Source: an uncultured virus (IMG/VR IMGVR_UViG_2731957969_000006) (taxonomy: Duplodnaviria > Heunggongvirae > Uroviricota > Caudoviricetes). Taken from it: a DNA stretch of 64,000 nucleotides. Positions 18,745-29,604 of the stretch are shown in pieces. Positions within the stretch are counted from its first letter, which is position 1. Each line of letters starts with the position of its first letter. The notes beneath the pieces are model-generated. The model was given only the letters and a program-made list of their open reading frames with translations, did no database searches and had not been told where the DNA came from. The position numbers were made by a program, and so were the translations under genes. Location: IMG/VR virus record IMGVR_UViG_2731957969_000006. One strand, 5' to 3'.

Positions 18745-20478
18745 ATGGCAATCGTAGCAGATGGAATTCAGTACGCCGAACAGGTAGTGACTGGAGAAAT
18801 TGTTGCGTGCGAACTGGTACGTTTAGCGTGCCAACGGTTTTTGAATGATTTAGAGCATGGGCCTGAGCGTGGCATCTATTTCATTGAAGATCGCGCACAG
18901 CACATACTCGATTTTTACAGTTTTATTCCTCATGTCAAAGGAGCATTAGCCGGTAAACCCATTGATTTAATGCCTTGGCATGTTTTTATCTTAATTAATA
19001 TTTTTGGCTTTGTTATTCCGTTAATTGATGAACAAACGGGCAAAGAAGTTGTAGATGAAGACGGTGATGTTGTCTTTGTCCGTCGTTTTCGCACAGCTTA
19101 TAACGAAGTTGCACGTAAAAATGCAAAATCCACATTGTCATCAGGTATTGGGCTGTATATGACCGGTGCTGATAGTGAGGGCGGTGCCGAAGTTTACTCT
19201 GCAGCAACGACACGTGATCAGGCTCGTATCGTATTTGAAGATGCGAAGAACATGCTGAAAAAGTCCAAAGCGACATTGGGACGTTTATTTGAGTTTAATA
19301 AACTCGCTATCTATCAAGAAAGAACTGCCTCTAAGTTTGAACCGCTTTCCAGTGATGCCAACAACCTTGATGGTTTAAATATTCACTGTGGCATTGTTGA
19401 TGAACTGCATGCACACAAAACTCGTGATGTGTGGGATGTATTAGAAACTGCTACCGGTGCGCGTCTGCAGTCTCTTCTTTTTGGGATCACCACGGCGGGG
19501 TTTAATAAAGAGGGGATTTGTTACGAATTACGGGATTACGGTATTAAAGTGCTTCGTGGCCAAGTGGATGATGATTCGTTTTTCGCCATTATTTATACCT
19601 TAGATAAAGACGATGATCCCTTTGATGAAACCGTGTGGCAAAAAGCGAATCCGGGGCTGGGGGTTTGTAAGCGCTGGGATGATTTACGCCGTTTAGCCAA
19701 GAAAGCCAAAGAGCAGGTTTCGGCACGGATTAACTTCTTCACTAAACACATGAATATTTGGGTTACGGCTGAATCTTCATGGATGGATATGATGAAGTGG
19801 GATGATGCGCCTCAATTAGCCCCTAAACAAGAATTACAAACTTATCCGTTATGGGTCGGCGTTGACCTTGCCAATAAAATTGATATTTGTGCGGCTGCTA
19901 AAGTGTGGAAACAGCCCGACAACGGTCATGTTCATGCTGATTTTAAGTTTTGGTTACCTGAAGACCGGCTTGAGCGTTGTTCTAAACAAATGGCGGAGCT
20001 TTACCGTAAATGGGCTGATATGGGATATCTCACATTAACTGATGGTGAAGTTGTCGATCATGCTCAAATTAAAGAAGAAATTATTGAATGGGTGACGGGT
20101 GAGAACTTAAACGAACTGGGTTTTGACCCGTGGAGTGCGACACAATTTAGTTTGTCACTCGCTGAAGAAGGGCTACCTCTTGTTGAGGTTGCTCAAACGG
20201 TTCGTAACTTTTCCGAATCCATGAAAGAGATTGAAGCACTGGTTTACGCAGGTAAGTTTCATCATAGCCAACACCCTGTTATGAACTGGATGATGTCGAA
20301 CGTCACGGTTAAACCAGACAAAAACGACAATATTTTCCCTAATAAATCTACACCCGAGGCAAAAATTGACGGCCCTGTTGCACTATTTACAGGCATGAGT
20401 CGATTATTGGTGAATGGTGGCAGTGGTGGTGACTTCCTTTCCTCTTTAGATCCTAACGAAGACCTTTTATTCCTATGA
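18745..20478 (+). CDS. terL: Terminase large subunit
   Basis: ARKNAKS Walker A, IVDELH Walker B, KIDG nuclease motif. Confidence 0.95.
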   Translation: MAIVADGIQYAEQVVTGEIVACELVRLACQRFLNDLEHGPERGIYFIEDRAQHILDFYSFIPHVKGALAGKPIDLMPWHVFILINIFGFVIPLIDEQTGKEVVDEDGDVVFVRRFRTAYNEVARKNAKSTLSSGIGLYMTGADSEGGAEVYSAATTRDQARIVFEDAKNMLKKSKATLGRLFEFNKLAIYQERTASKFEPLSSDANNLDGLNIHCGIVDELHAHKTRDVWDVLETATGARLQSLLFGITTAGFNKEGICYELRDYGIKVLRGQVDDDSFFAIIYTLDKDDDPFDETVWQKANPGLGVCKRWDDLRRLAKKAKEQVSARINFFTKHMNIWVTAESSWMDMMKWDDAPQLAPKQELQTYPLWVGVDLANKIDICAAAKVWKQPDNGHVHADFKFWLPEDRLERCSKQMAELYRKWADMGYLTLTDGEVVDHAQIKEEIIEWVTGENLNELGFDPWSATQFSLSLAEEGLPLVEVAQTVRNFSESMKEIEALVYAGKFHHSQHPVMNWMMSNVTVKPDKNDNIFPNKSTPEAKIDGPVALFTGMSRLLVNGGSGGDFLSSLDPNEDLLFL

Positions 20479-20636
20479 AAAACTTATTACTTGATATTAC
20501 TGCATTGGCTGGTGTTAGTGCGGTTATGGCGGGGTGTTACCTAAAATATGGCGTTGCTAACACGCTGATTGTTGGGGGATGCATTGCAATAATCTATGCC
20601 TTGGTGGTAGCCATGAGGGGGAACCGTGCTAATTGA
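20475..20636 (+). CDS. 53-aa two-TM protein between terL and portal (not in ORF track)
   Basis: ATGA overlap; hydrophobic ORF at a position typical of HK97-like phages. Confidence 0.65.
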   Translation: MKNLLLDITALAGVSAVMAGCYLKYGVANTLIVGGCIAIIYALVVAMRGNRAN

Positions 20637-21855
20637 TGCTTTGTTTCGCAACGACTCACCCAGTTTAGAAAACCCTGAAACACCTATTACGGCAGACTCC
20701 ATTGATAATGACGGATTATTTACGGCAGATGTGTATGTTAGCCCTGAAACGTCAATGAAGTTGGCAGCAGTTTACGCTTGTATTTATGTGCTTTCTTCGT
20801 CTATCGCTCAGATGCCCTTACACGTAATGAGAAAGGTGGGAAATCGCGTCGATACAGCACGTGATCATCCTGTTTTTTATCTTGTTCATGATGAACCTAA
20901 CGAGTGGCAAACCAGCTATAAATGGCGCGAAACAAAAGAGCGCCATGTATTGGGTTGGGGAAACGGTTATACCCAAGTTATCCGTAATCGAAAAGGTGAG
21001 GTGACAAACCTAGAAGCTTGTATGCCGTGGGAAACCACACTGCTGAATACCGGTGGTCGATACACTTACGGTGTTTATAACGAATTGGGGAATTTTGCCA
21101 TTAGTCCTGATGACATGATCCATATTCGAGCGTTGGGGAACAATCAGCGTATGGGGTTAAGTCCCATTGCTCAGCATGCAGAAACTATCGGTATGGGGAT
21201 GAGCGGACAGAAATATACTAGCTCCTTCTTTGGGGGGAATGCTCGTCCTGCGGGGATTGTGTCAGTAAAAGGTGACATACAGCCAGCAGGCTGGGAACGA
21301 CTGAAAGATATGTGGCAAAAAGCTTCTCGAATGTTACGAAGCCAAGAAAATAAAACCATGCTTTTACCTGCAGAACTGGATTACAAGGCGTTAACGGTTT
21401 CGCCTGTTGATGCTCAATTGATTGATATGCTGAAACTTAATCGCTCAATGATTGCAGGGATCTTCAATGTGCCGGCTCACATGATTAACGACCTCGAAAA
21501 AGCCACTTTCTCAAACATCTCAGAGCAATCCATCCAGTTTGTACGACATACCATCATGCCATGGGTAGTGAACTGGGAGCAGGAATTAAATCGACGCTTG
21601 TTTACTCGACAAGAGCGAACGGCTGGCTTTTATGTGCGATTTAATTTAGCGGGATTACTACGTGGAACACCAAAAGAACGAGCCGATTTCTATCATTTTG
21701 CTATTACAGATGGTTGGATGAGTCGTAATGAAGCACGTGCCTTTGAGGATATGAATCCTGTTGATGGCCTTGATGAAATGTTGGTGAGCGTCAATGCCAC
21801 CCAGTCTGCGGGGAAAAAGACAGAAGAACAAAAAGGGGATAACGATGAGCAGTGA
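20626..21855 (+). CDS. Portal protein, HK97 family
   Basis: AVYACI, GLSPI, IFNVP and NEARA.E motifs. Confidence 0.95.
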   Translation: MLIDALFRNDSPSLENPETPITADSIDNDGLFTADVYVSPETSMKLAAVYACIYVLSSSIAQMPLHVMRKVGNRVDTARDHPVFYLVHDEPNEWQTSYKWRETKERHVLGWGNGYTQVIRNRKGEVTNLEACMPWETTLLNTGGRYTYGVYNELGNFAISPDDMIHIRALGNNQRMGLSPIAQHAETIGMGMSGQKYTSSFFGGNARPAGIVSVKGDIQPAGWERLKDMWQKASRMLRSQENKTMLLPAELDYKALTVSPVDAQLIDMLKLNRSMIAGIFNVPAHMINDLEKATFSNISEQSIQFVRHTIMPWVVNWEQELNRRLFTRQERTAGFYVRFNLAGLLRGTPKERADFYHFAITDGWMSRNEARAFEDMNPVDGLDEMLVSVNATQSAGKKTEEQKGDNDEQ

Positions 21856-22450
21856 AAAAGAAACACGATGTTATGTCGGTGAGGTTCGGGCTGAAGTAGG
21901 AGAGGAAAATAAACCGACACATATCGTGGGTTTAGGCTCCGTTTTCGACTCCCGATCCGAACTAATTTATGGATTCCGTGAAATTATAAAACCAGGGGCA
22001 TTTGATGATGTTCTTAATGATGATGTTCGTGGCTTATTTAATCATGATCCGAATTATATTTTAGGCAGAACAACAGCAGGAACCTTGTCGCTTAGCGTCA
22101 ATGAGCGTGGGCTTGTTTACGACATAACAGCACCTGAGACACAAACTATTCGTGATTTAGTGCTGGCGCCCATGAAACGTGGCGATATCAATCAAAGTTC
22201 CTTTGCCTTTCGTGTCGCGCGGGATGGTGAAGAGTGGTACCAAGATGAAGAAGGTGTCGTTATTCGTGAAATAACACGATTTTCTCGACTCTATGATGTC
22301 AGTCCTGTCACTTATCCAGCGTATCAAGATGCAGACTCTGCGGTTCGCTCAATGAATGCATGGAAAGAAGCCAGAGACAGTGGCGATCTTCAAAAAGCAA
22401 TTAATCAAAAATTGGCGCGTGAGCGTCTTATGACTTTACTCAATGCATAA
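21845..22450 (+). CDS. Prohead protease, HK97 family
   Basis: LFNHD, SFAF, DVSPVTYPAY. Confidence 0.93.
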   Translation: MSSEKETRCYVGEVRAEVGEENKPTHIVGLGSVFDSRSELIYGFREIIKPGAFDDVLNDDVRGLFNHDPNYILGRTTAGTLSLSVNERGLVYDITAPETQTIRDLVLAPMKRGDINQSSFAFRVARDGEEWYQDEEGVVIREITRFSRLYDVSPVTYPAYQDADSAVRSMNAWKEARDSGDLQKAINQKLARERLMTLLNA

Positions 22451-22459
22451 GGTAATACT

Positions 22460-23695
22460 ATGACTATGAAGCTTCATGAATTAAAACAAAAACGTAACAC
22501 TATCGCGATTGATATGCGCGCCATTCACGAAAAAGTGGGTGATGGTGTAATGACCGAGGAGCAACGCACTCAATGGAATAAAGCGCAAACTGAACTTGAA
22601 AATTTAGATGCTCAGATTCAGCGTGAAGAGCAACTACGCTCATTAGATCAAGATTTGGTTGATGACAAAGAGAAAGAACAGCGTGGTCAACAACCGAATA
22701 ACCCTGAAACAGAGCAAGCAGAGCGCCGTAATCAAGCGTTTGATCGCTTCCTGCGTTGTGGTTTCGGTGAACTCACTGCAGAAGAACGTCAAGCGGTCAA
22801 AGAACTTCGTGCACAGGGTACTTCGCCCGATGAGAAAGGTGGCTACACCGTTCCTACTCAGATGTTGAATAAAATTGTTGATAAAATGAAAGCCTATGGC
22901 GGTATTGCAAGTGTGGCTCAAATCTTACCAACGTCAAATGGTCAAGATATTACCTGGTCAACATCAGATGGTACCGATGAAGAAGGGGAATTACTGGGCG
23001 AAAACACCGCTGCAGGTGAACAAGATGTTGAGTTTGGTACTGCTATTTTAGGGGCTAAAAAGTTAACATCGAAAATTATCCGCGTTTCCAATGAATTATT
23101 GCAAGACAGTGGTGTAGATATTCAAACCTATTTGGCTTCGCGCATTGCCCAACGTATTGGTCGTGGTGAAGCGAAATATCTGATAAAAGGTACCGGAAAA
23201 GGCTCCCCTTTACAGCCTAACGGATTAGAAACAGCGGTGACTAGCACAGTTGATGTAGCCGGCGCCTCACTAAGTTGGAAAGATATCACCGAGTTAGAAC
23301 ATGCGATTGACCCTGCATACCGTAATAGCCCTAAATTCCGTCTTGCTTTTAATGATGATACGTTGAAAAGCTTAAAGTTAATGGAAGATGCGCAAAAACG
23401 CCCTTTATGGCTTCCGTCTATTTCGGGTGTCGCACCAGCTCAAATTTTAGGTATGCAATATGTTGTTGATCAGGCGATCGACAAAATGGAAGCGGGTAAA
23501 AAATTCATCTTCTGTGGTGACTTTGACCGCTTCATTTTACGCCGAGTAACTTACATGACATTGAAGCGTTTAGTTGAACGTTACGCAGAATATGATCAGA
23601 CAGCTTTCTTAGCTTTCCATCGCTTCGATTGTGTGCTTGAAGATACTTCTGCTATTAAGGCATTAGTAGGTAAAGGTGCCAGTAGCACGAAATAA
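22460..23695 (+). CDS. Major capsid protein, HK97 fold
   Basis: Delta-domain coiled coil, GGYTVP, SNELLQDS, GDF. Confidence 0.95.
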   Translation: MTMKLHELKQKRNTIAIDMRAIHEKVGDGVMTEEQRTQWNKAQTELENLDAQIQREEQLRSLDQDLVDDKEKEQRGQQPNNPETEQAERRNQAFDRFLRCGFGELTAEERQAVKELRAQGTSPDEKGGYTVPTQMLNKIVDKMKAYGGIASVAQILPTSNGQDITWSTSDGTDEEGELLGENTAAGEQDVEFGTAILGAKKLTSKIIRVSNELLQDSGVDIQTYLASRIAQRIGRGEAKYLIKGTGKGSPLQPNGLETAVTSTVDVAGASLSWKDITELEHAIDPAYRNSPKFRLAFNDDTLKSLKLMEDAQKRPLWLPSISGVAPAQILGMQYVVDQAIDKMEAGKKFIFCGDFDRFILRRVTYMTLKRLVERYAEYDQTAFLAFHRFDCVLEDTSAIKALVGKGASSTK

Positions 23696-23719
23696 GCATT
23701 AGCAAGTGATAAAACAGTC

Positions 23720-23742
23720 ACCGCTTAATTGCGGTTTTTTTG
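23720..23742 (+). terminator. Rho-independent terminator after the capsid gene
   Basis: ACCGC-TTAATT-GCGGT plus T-run. Confidence 0.7.
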
Positions 23743-23780
23743 TGCCTGCGATCTGTGTGATCGCAGGTATTGGGGGATTT

Positions 23781-24083
23781 ATGCCACTACCCACACTGGA
23801 AAAGTTAAAGCAACAATGCCGGCTAGATGAAGATAATACCTTCGAAGATGAACTGCTAAAAACTTATCTGATGGCGGCAAAACAACGAGCTGAAGGATAT
23901 ATCAATCGACATCTTTATGAAGGAAATATACCAGAGGAAGATCCTGACGGTTTATTAATCACTGATGATATTGAATTGGCTCTTATGCTGGCCGTTGGTA
24001 ATTTCTATGAAAATAGAGAAACAGCCATATTACCAGCGGGATTTAAATTACTGCTCGACCCCTATCGTCATATTAATTTGTGA
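23781..24083 (+). CDS. Head-tail connector (gp6-like)
   Basis: LKQQCRLD, FYENRE, LLDPYR. Confidence 0.88.
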   Translation: MPLPTLEKLKQQCRLDEDNTFEDELLKTYLMAAKQRAEGYINRHLYEGNIPEEDPDGLLITDDIELALMLAVGNFYENRETAILPAGFKLLLDPYRHINL

Positions 24084-24086
24084 GGA

Positions 24087-24416
24087 ATGATGAAAGCCGG
24101 TGAACTCAACAAACGTATTTCCCTTTCTCACTATGTTACAGAACGTGATGATTTAGGGAGTGAAAAAGTCGTTTCAAAAAAAGTGGCTGAGGTATGGGCT
24201 AAAGCCGAATCGATGTCGAACCGTAAGATCCGTACCGCAGACCAAGATCAGGTAATTGAAACCTATCATTTCACTATTCGCCCTCGTTATGATGTTGATA
24301 TGGGGTGGCTGGTGGGCTATCAGGGGCGACTATTTACTGTACGCGCTGTTGACCGAAATCAGGCTGATAGAACCATTATTACCACGGAGGCGAATATACA
24401 ACATGATAGAAGTTGA
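24087..24416 (+). CDS. Head closure protein
   Basis: AGELNKRI..VWA motif; position. Confidence 0.85.
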   Translation: MMKAGELNKRISLSHYVTERDDLGSEKVVSKKVAEVWAKAESMSNRKIRTADQDQVIETYHFTIRPRYDVDMGWLVGYQGRLFTVRAVDRNQADRTIITTEANIQHDRS

Positions 24417-24792
24417 TATTAAAGCTGATCTGGAACGTATTACGGGATTGTTAGCTTATCCGTTAAAACTCCCATCCGATAAATTAGAGGGGGTTATCTA
24501 TCAACGAATTAGCGACCCCAAGATAGACGCTGGATTAGCCCACACCTCACTTGTTCAAGCCCGTTTTCAAATCGTTATTCAAATACCTGATGATTATCCC
24601 AAAGCGCTGATGCTTGAATCTAAACTTTGTCGCGAATGGGAGTCTGTTGTGCATGGTTATATTGGAAATTATCCCATACAAACCGTTCAGCGAGGTAACT
24701 TTCAGCAGGACATGATCGAACAAACGGAAAATCGCAAAATTTATCGTATTTATCGTGATTTCATTATCACCTATCCCGAGGACGCATCATGA
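24403..24792 (+). CDS. Tail terminator/completion protein
   Basis: YP.., YQRIS and RFQI motifs; start refined to 24403. Confidence 0.7.
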   Translation: MIEVDIKADLERITGLLAYPLKLPSDKLEGVIYQRISDPKIDAGLAHTSLVQARFQIVIQIPDDYPKALMLESKLCREWESVVHGYIGNYPIQTVQRGNFQQDMIEQTENRKIYRIYRDFIITYPEDAS

Positions 24793-25193
24793 ACATCACC
24801 ATGAAAGTTGAGGGATTACGGGAATTAGGAGAGGTATTACAGCGATTAGAGAAAGATGTCCAAATTAAGATCCTCCGTCAATCAGGAAAATCAGCTATGG
24901 TGCCTGTTTTAGAGGATATGAAAACACATGCAGGGTTTGATGAAACAGTAGCAAGCGAACATATGCGTGACAGCATAAAAATACGCTCTTCACGCAGTAA
25001 AAAAACAAAAGGAGCGGTTTTAATTACCGTAGGACCCACCAAAAAACACTATATGAAAGCGAGAGCGCAGGAATTTGGCACCATTAAGCAAATCGCCCAT
25101 CCATTTATTCGCCCAGCTTTGGATTACAACAAACAAGCGGTACTCAAAATTCTCGTTTCTGAAATCAGAGACGCACTCAGACAATTTAAATAA
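24789..25193 (+). CDS. HK97 gp10-family neck protein
   Basis: QEFGT..HPFIRPALD. Confidence 0.88.
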   Translation: MNITMKVEGLRELGEVLQRLEKDVQIKILRQSGKSAMVPVLEDMKTHAGFDETVASEHMRDSIKIRSSRSKKTKGAVLITVGPTKKHYMKARAQEFGTIKQIAHPFIRPALDYNKQAVLKILVSEIRDALRQFK

Positions 25194-25215
25194 ACCTATT
25201 CTAGGAGCTTAAATT

Positions 25216-25692
25216 ATGGCAGTTCAAAAAACATCGCCAGAATACGCCATGCTACCGGCAGGCACTATTGTTAAATTTGGTAAAGTGGGTGACACCGTCG
25301 AGCAAATGAAGCCACTAATTAACTGTAAGTCACTAGGTGCCACCGGTCAATCAGGTAGCTTTGTTGATGTCACCGTTTTAATTGATAAAAACAAGCAATT
25401 TATTTCTGACTTACCAGAAGGGCCTGAAAAGTCGTTAGGCTTTATTGATGATCCAGAAAATGAAAATTTTGTTGCATTCCTGAATGCAGCAGAAAAGCGT
25501 GAAACGGTACAGTTCTATTGTGAGCTTCCTAATAAACGTACGGCAACCATGATCCTTTCATTGTCAGGCTGGGAATTAAATGACGTCTCAGCTCCTGCTA
25601 ACGAGGCTATTCAAATCACCGTAAAAGGTAAACAAAATAACCTAGTTTGGGGAACCTCTACAGTGACACCACCGACAGAAGGAAATGATTAA
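25216..25692 (+). CDS. Major tail tube protein
   Basis: Position before the chaperone and tape measure genes; size and beta-rich composition. Confidence 0.8.
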   Translation: MAVQKTSPEYAMLPAGTIVKFGKVGDTVEQMKPLINCKSLGATGQSGSFVDVTVLIDKNKQFISDLPEGPEKSLGFIDDPENENFVAFLNAAEKRETVQFYCELPNKRTATMILSLSGWELNDVSAPANEAIQITVKGKQNNLVWGTSTVTPPTEGND

Positions 25693-26042
25693 TGAAAGGA
25701 TTAAAAGCTTCTTTACTCACCGCTAAGCCACAGATTATTGAAGTGGAAATCTTATGCGGTGTGAAAGTGAATATTCGTCGTATGACAGCCAATGAGCTGA
25801 TGCAACTTGAAACGGATGTCTCTGATTTAAATCGTCAGGGGAAATTTCGCGAATCGTCACTAAAAAATGTCAGTATGTTGCTCAATTGCCTCGTTGATGA
25901 TGACGGCAAGCCGATAAACAAATCATTATTACCTAAACCAGAAGAACTGGTTAACGTTCATGATAACGCAATATTGATAGAAGCAATTGATATTGTGAAA
26001 AAACACTCTATTGGCACTCTAGAGGAGGCAAAAAAAAACTAA
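25692..26042 (+). CDS. Tail assembly chaperone (gpG-like)
   Basis: Ends in EAKKN over a slippery A-run. Confidence 0.8.
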   Translation: MKGLKASLLTAKPQIIEVEILCGVKVNIRRMTANELMQLETDVSDLNRQGKFRESSLKNVSMLLNCLVDDDGKPINKSLLPKPEELVNVHDNAILIEAIDIVKKHSIGTLEEAKKN

Positions 26043-26296
26043 CCGATAGTCCTCTACTCTATTTTGCTTATCAGCTTTGTGAAGAGTTAGGGGAAATCGA
26101 TCCCTTTCGTGTTCTTAACTTGCCTGCCAATACCTTATTGGGCTGGCAGGCTTACTTCACACTCAAACATGAAAAATCAAGTGTGATACCGCCATCAGAG
26201 AGCACTCCCGCTTCGGAAAACTCCCCCAAAATCGTAAGCACCACTAAATCAGTTGAGCAGCAATGTGCTGACGTAATGAAAATGATAGGAAGATAA
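26033..26296 (+). CDS. gpT-like -1 frameshift extension (G-T fusion)
   Basis: A AAA AAC at 26033-26039; the -1 frame stays open to TAA at 26296 (LCEELGE..W.AYF). Confidence 0.8.
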   Translation, partial: KKLTDSPLLYFAYQLCEELGEIDPFRVLNLPANTLLGWQAYFTLKHEKSSVIPPSESTPASENSPKIVSTTKSVEQQCADVMKMIGR

Positions 26297-26298
26297 CT

Positions 26299-29200
26299 AT
26301 GGCCACCAATTTAGCCGATTTACGTGTTGGATTATTGCTGAATGACGCTAGTTTCCGCAGTAATATCACTGATGCGATGAATCACGCAGGACGTGAAACA
26401 GAGCGCTTCTCAAGAAAAGCAAAACAAAATGCTAAAGATGTTTCAGATAGCTTTCATTCTATTGGTACATCAGTTAAGCAGGTTGCGGGATCGTTAGCGA
26501 TGGTAGGCGGGGTGAGTCTTTCTATCGGGAGTATTTTAGGTATTTCTCGTCAATATGGACAAGCGCTTTCTGATTTAGCGGCAATTACCGGTGCTGCGGG
26601 TGAACAGCTAAAAGTATTTGATGAAGCAGCTCAAGAGATGGGGCGAACAACACAATACAGTGCTATGCAGGCGGCAGAAGCTATTAAATTAATGGCAGCG
26701 TCCAAGCCTGAGCTGATGAAAACAAGTGAAGGACTGATTAATGTAACAAAAAGCTCCTTAATTCTTGCTCAAGCTTCAGGTACTACCCTCCCAGACGCAA
26801 CTAGAACACTTGCCTTATCGCTTAATCAGTTCGGTGCATCAGTATCGGATGCGGATCGTTATATTAATGTGCTTGCAGCAGGCTCTCGATATGGCGCTTC
26901 AGAAGTTAATGAGACTGCAGAGGCGATTAAAAAAGGAGGTGTTGCGGCCGCTCAAGCTAAAGTCCCTTTTGAAGAAATGAACGCAGTTATCCAAACGTTG
27001 GCGGAGCGTGAAGTTAAAGGCGCTGATGCAGGAACGGCATTGCGCAACATGATTTTAATTTTAGAATCGAGCACTGACAAAAAGCTCAAACCATCAGTGG
27101 TTGGAATGACAACTGCATTGGAAAACTTAGCACAAAAAAACTACAGTACAACTGCGTTAACAAAAATATTCGGTCGAGAAAATGTTAATGCTGCCATGAT
27201 ACTGAGTAAAAATACCAATAAGGTTCGAGAGCTGACTAAGGCACTTACGGGTACCGAAACTGCCTATGAGCAAGCCAAAGAGCGTACCAATAATCTTAAT
27301 GGTGATTTACAAAATTTAGCGAGTGCGTTTGAAGGGCTCGCCATTAAAGCGGGTCAATCGGCAAATGGCCCGTTAAGAACAGGCATTCAATCCGCATCAG
27401 ATGCCATAAATACGTTATCAAATAATTTATCCACATTGGTTAACGTAGGCACATATGCAGTTCTCCCTGTTATTGGTGCTCGAATGACAAGAGGGCTTCA
27501 AGAGCAAACCAAAGAATGGGTGAAAAATGAAGCTGCAGTGAGAAATAATGCGAAACAAATGAGGGAGAATGCTCAAAAAACCATTAATAATGCCAAGGCA
27601 TCTAAAGATCTAGCGCAACAAGAGTCAAGACGGCTAGCAACTCAATCTGTGCTGAATAGGCAGTATGGAATTAACGCAAATTACCAAAGTAGATATTTAA
27701 CATTAAGCCGACAAATAAAAGAAGCGGATCGCCAAGAAGAGATAGGAAAACAGAGACTTATCGCAGCAAATAACCAGCTTTCATATAGCCAAAGGGCGTT
27801 GCGAGCATCGAGCATGGCATTGAAGAGCGTTTATTCTGCTTTAGGGGGGCCAGTGGGTGCAGCTATGCTTGCTGGTTCTGCAATCTATTATTTTCACAAT
27901 AAGGCTTTAGAGGCCAGAGATAGCGCTCTTAATTTAAAAAGAGCTGTCGCCGAAACAACAGATGAGTTAATGAGGCTATCTCAAGCCAAACTGGCCGTAA
28001 AGATAGATGATGTGAGAGATAGCCTAAAGAATATAGAAGAGCAAGAAAAAATAGTTAAAAATCAATTAGAGAGTTATAGCGATACCAAAATACAACTATT
28101 GGAAAAAAGGGGGAAAGGTTTTTTTGGGTGGGCTCATACATGGTATGAATCGGCTGATGAAGCAAAAGCGACTCAAAATAAATTAAAAAGTGAACTAGAA
28201 GATATTATAAAAAATAAGGAAATTGAATCACAAACACTTGAATCTGCAATAGAAGCTCAAAAAAGATTACTTAATGGAGAAAAGCCTCCTGAACTGAAAG
28301 AGGACAAACCAGCAGGTGACAGCGGAGGTGGTGGAAATGATGGGGGGAATGATCTAGTTTCAGGCTCTAAACAAAAAGTTAGTCAATATCATCAATTACG
28401 TATGCAAATAGAGCAAGAGCACGCAACCAGCTTAGAGCGCATCTCATTAAGTGAATCTGAGACGATGCGTAAGCTTCAGGAAAGCTTAAAAGCTGGTGGT
28501 ATGAAGCAAGAGGAATATGAGCGATTAAAAACACTCAACGCTGAAAACCACATGAAACAGCGTGCAGAGTTAGCAGAAAAATATTCACCGATGCGTACCT
28601 CATTGCGTAATGAACAAGAAATGACAAAAGAGTTGAAGTCTCTGTTTGAACAGAGATTGTTAACAGAAAAAGAATACCAATACGCGCGGATGCAGATGGA
28701 CAAAGATATGTCTAAGTACCGCCTGTCAGAGCAAGCAAAAGGTATTTCTCTCCCGAATATCAGCATCCTTGGCGAAATTGACCCCGTTATTCAGCTTCAG
28801 AATCAGCTTGAAGAACAAAAGGCACTGTATCAAGCCTACTATGAAGATGGCTTGGTGAGTAAGGAGCGATACGAACAATTAATGATAGCTGCTACAAATA
28901 AGTCAAAAGAAGCACAGTATCAATCAAGTAAAGAGTTTTACGCATCTCAAGGCATGTGGCAACGCATGCAGATGAATTTAGTTGATGCAGTTGAACAACG
29001 AACCGCCAATGCAATGACTGGTATGCTAATGGGAACAAAATCTTTTTCAGAAGGCATTAAAGAATTTTCTTCATCATTAGCCAGTTCAATTATTTCTGAT
29101 CTTATTCGTATCGCTATTCAAGCTCAAATTACCAACGCATTGACTGGATTGATGGGTGGTTTTGCGGGGAGTGGTGGTGCAACAAGTGGTGCTAAAGCGG

Positions 29201-29604
29201 GTAAGGTGGGTGTAAAAGCGAACGCCAAAGGGGATGTTTACAGCTCGCCAAGCCTCAGCCAATATAGTAATCAAGTTGTGAGCTCTCCAACGTTATTTGC
29301 CTTTGCAAAAGGTGGTACGCCTAATCTTGGTCTGATGGGGGAAGCTGGAAGCGAGGCGATCATGCCTTTAAAACGTGGACCTGATGGCTCTTTAGGCGTT
29401 AGAGCAACCGGAAGTAACTCTACCGCTTCAGGTGATACTATTATTCATCAAACATTTCATGTAACAGGTAATGGCGATGAAGCGCTTTATCAAGCTATAC
29501 AGGAAGCAGCAAGAATAGGAGCTGAGCAAGGCGCTTCAAAAGCTAAATCTGACATTATGCGAGACTTTCAAACCAATGGAACATTAAGAAGGAATCTACG
29601 ATAA
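26299..29604 (+). CDS. Tail tape measure protein
   Basis: 1101 aa, Ala-rich helical; TP901-type core; MGEAGSEAIMPL. Confidence 0.93.
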   Translation: MATNLADLRVGLLLNDASFRSNITDAMNHAGRETERFSRKAKQNAKDVSDSFHSIGTSVKQVAGSLAMVGGVSLSIGSILGISRQYGQALSDLAAITGAAGEQLKVFDEAAQEMGRTTQYSAMQAAEAIKLMAASKPELMKTSEGLINVTKSSLILAQASGTTLPDATRTLALSLNQFGASVSDADRYINVLAAGSRYGASEVNETAEAIKKGGVAAAQAKVPFEEMNAVIQTLAEREVKGADAGTALRNMILILESSTDKKLKPSVVGMTTALENLAQKNYSTTALTKIFGRENVNAAMILSKNTNKVRELTKALTGTETAYEQAKERTNNLNGDLQNLASAFEGLAIKAGQSANGPLRTGIQSASDAINTLSNNLSTLVNVGTYAVLPVIGARMTRGLQEQTKEWVKNEAAVRNNAKQMRENAQKTINNAKASKDLAQQESRRLATQSVLNRQYGINANYQSRYLTLSRQIKEADRQEEIGKQRLIAANNQLSYSQRALRASSMALKSVYSALGGPVGAAMLAGSAIYYFHNKALEARDSALNLKRAVAETTDELMRLSQAKLAVKIDDVRDSLKNIEEQEKIVKNQLESYSDTKIQLLEKRGKGFFGWAHTWYESADEAKATQNKLKSELEDIIKNKEIESQTLESAIEAQKRLLNGEKPPELKEDKPAGDSGGGGNDGGNDLVSGSKQKVSQYHQLRMQIEQEHATSLERISLSESETMRKLQESLKAGGMKQEEYERLKTLNAENHMKQRAELAEKYSPMRTSLRNEQEMTKELKSLFEQRLLTEKEYQYARMQMDKDMSKYRLSEQAKGISLPNISILGEIDPVIQLQNQLEEQKALYQAYYEDGLVSKERYEQLMIAATNKSKEAQYQSSKEFYASQGMWQRMQMNLVDAVEQRTANAMTGMLMGTKSFSEGIKEFSSSLASSIISDLIRIAIQAQITNALTGLMGGFAGSGGATSGAKAGKVGVKANAKGDVYSSPSLSQYSNQVVSSPTLFAFAKGGTPNLGLMGEAGSEAIMPLKRGPDGSLGVRATGSNSTASGDTIIHQTFHVTGNGDEALYQAIQEAARIGAEQGASKAKSDIMRDFQTNGTLRRNLR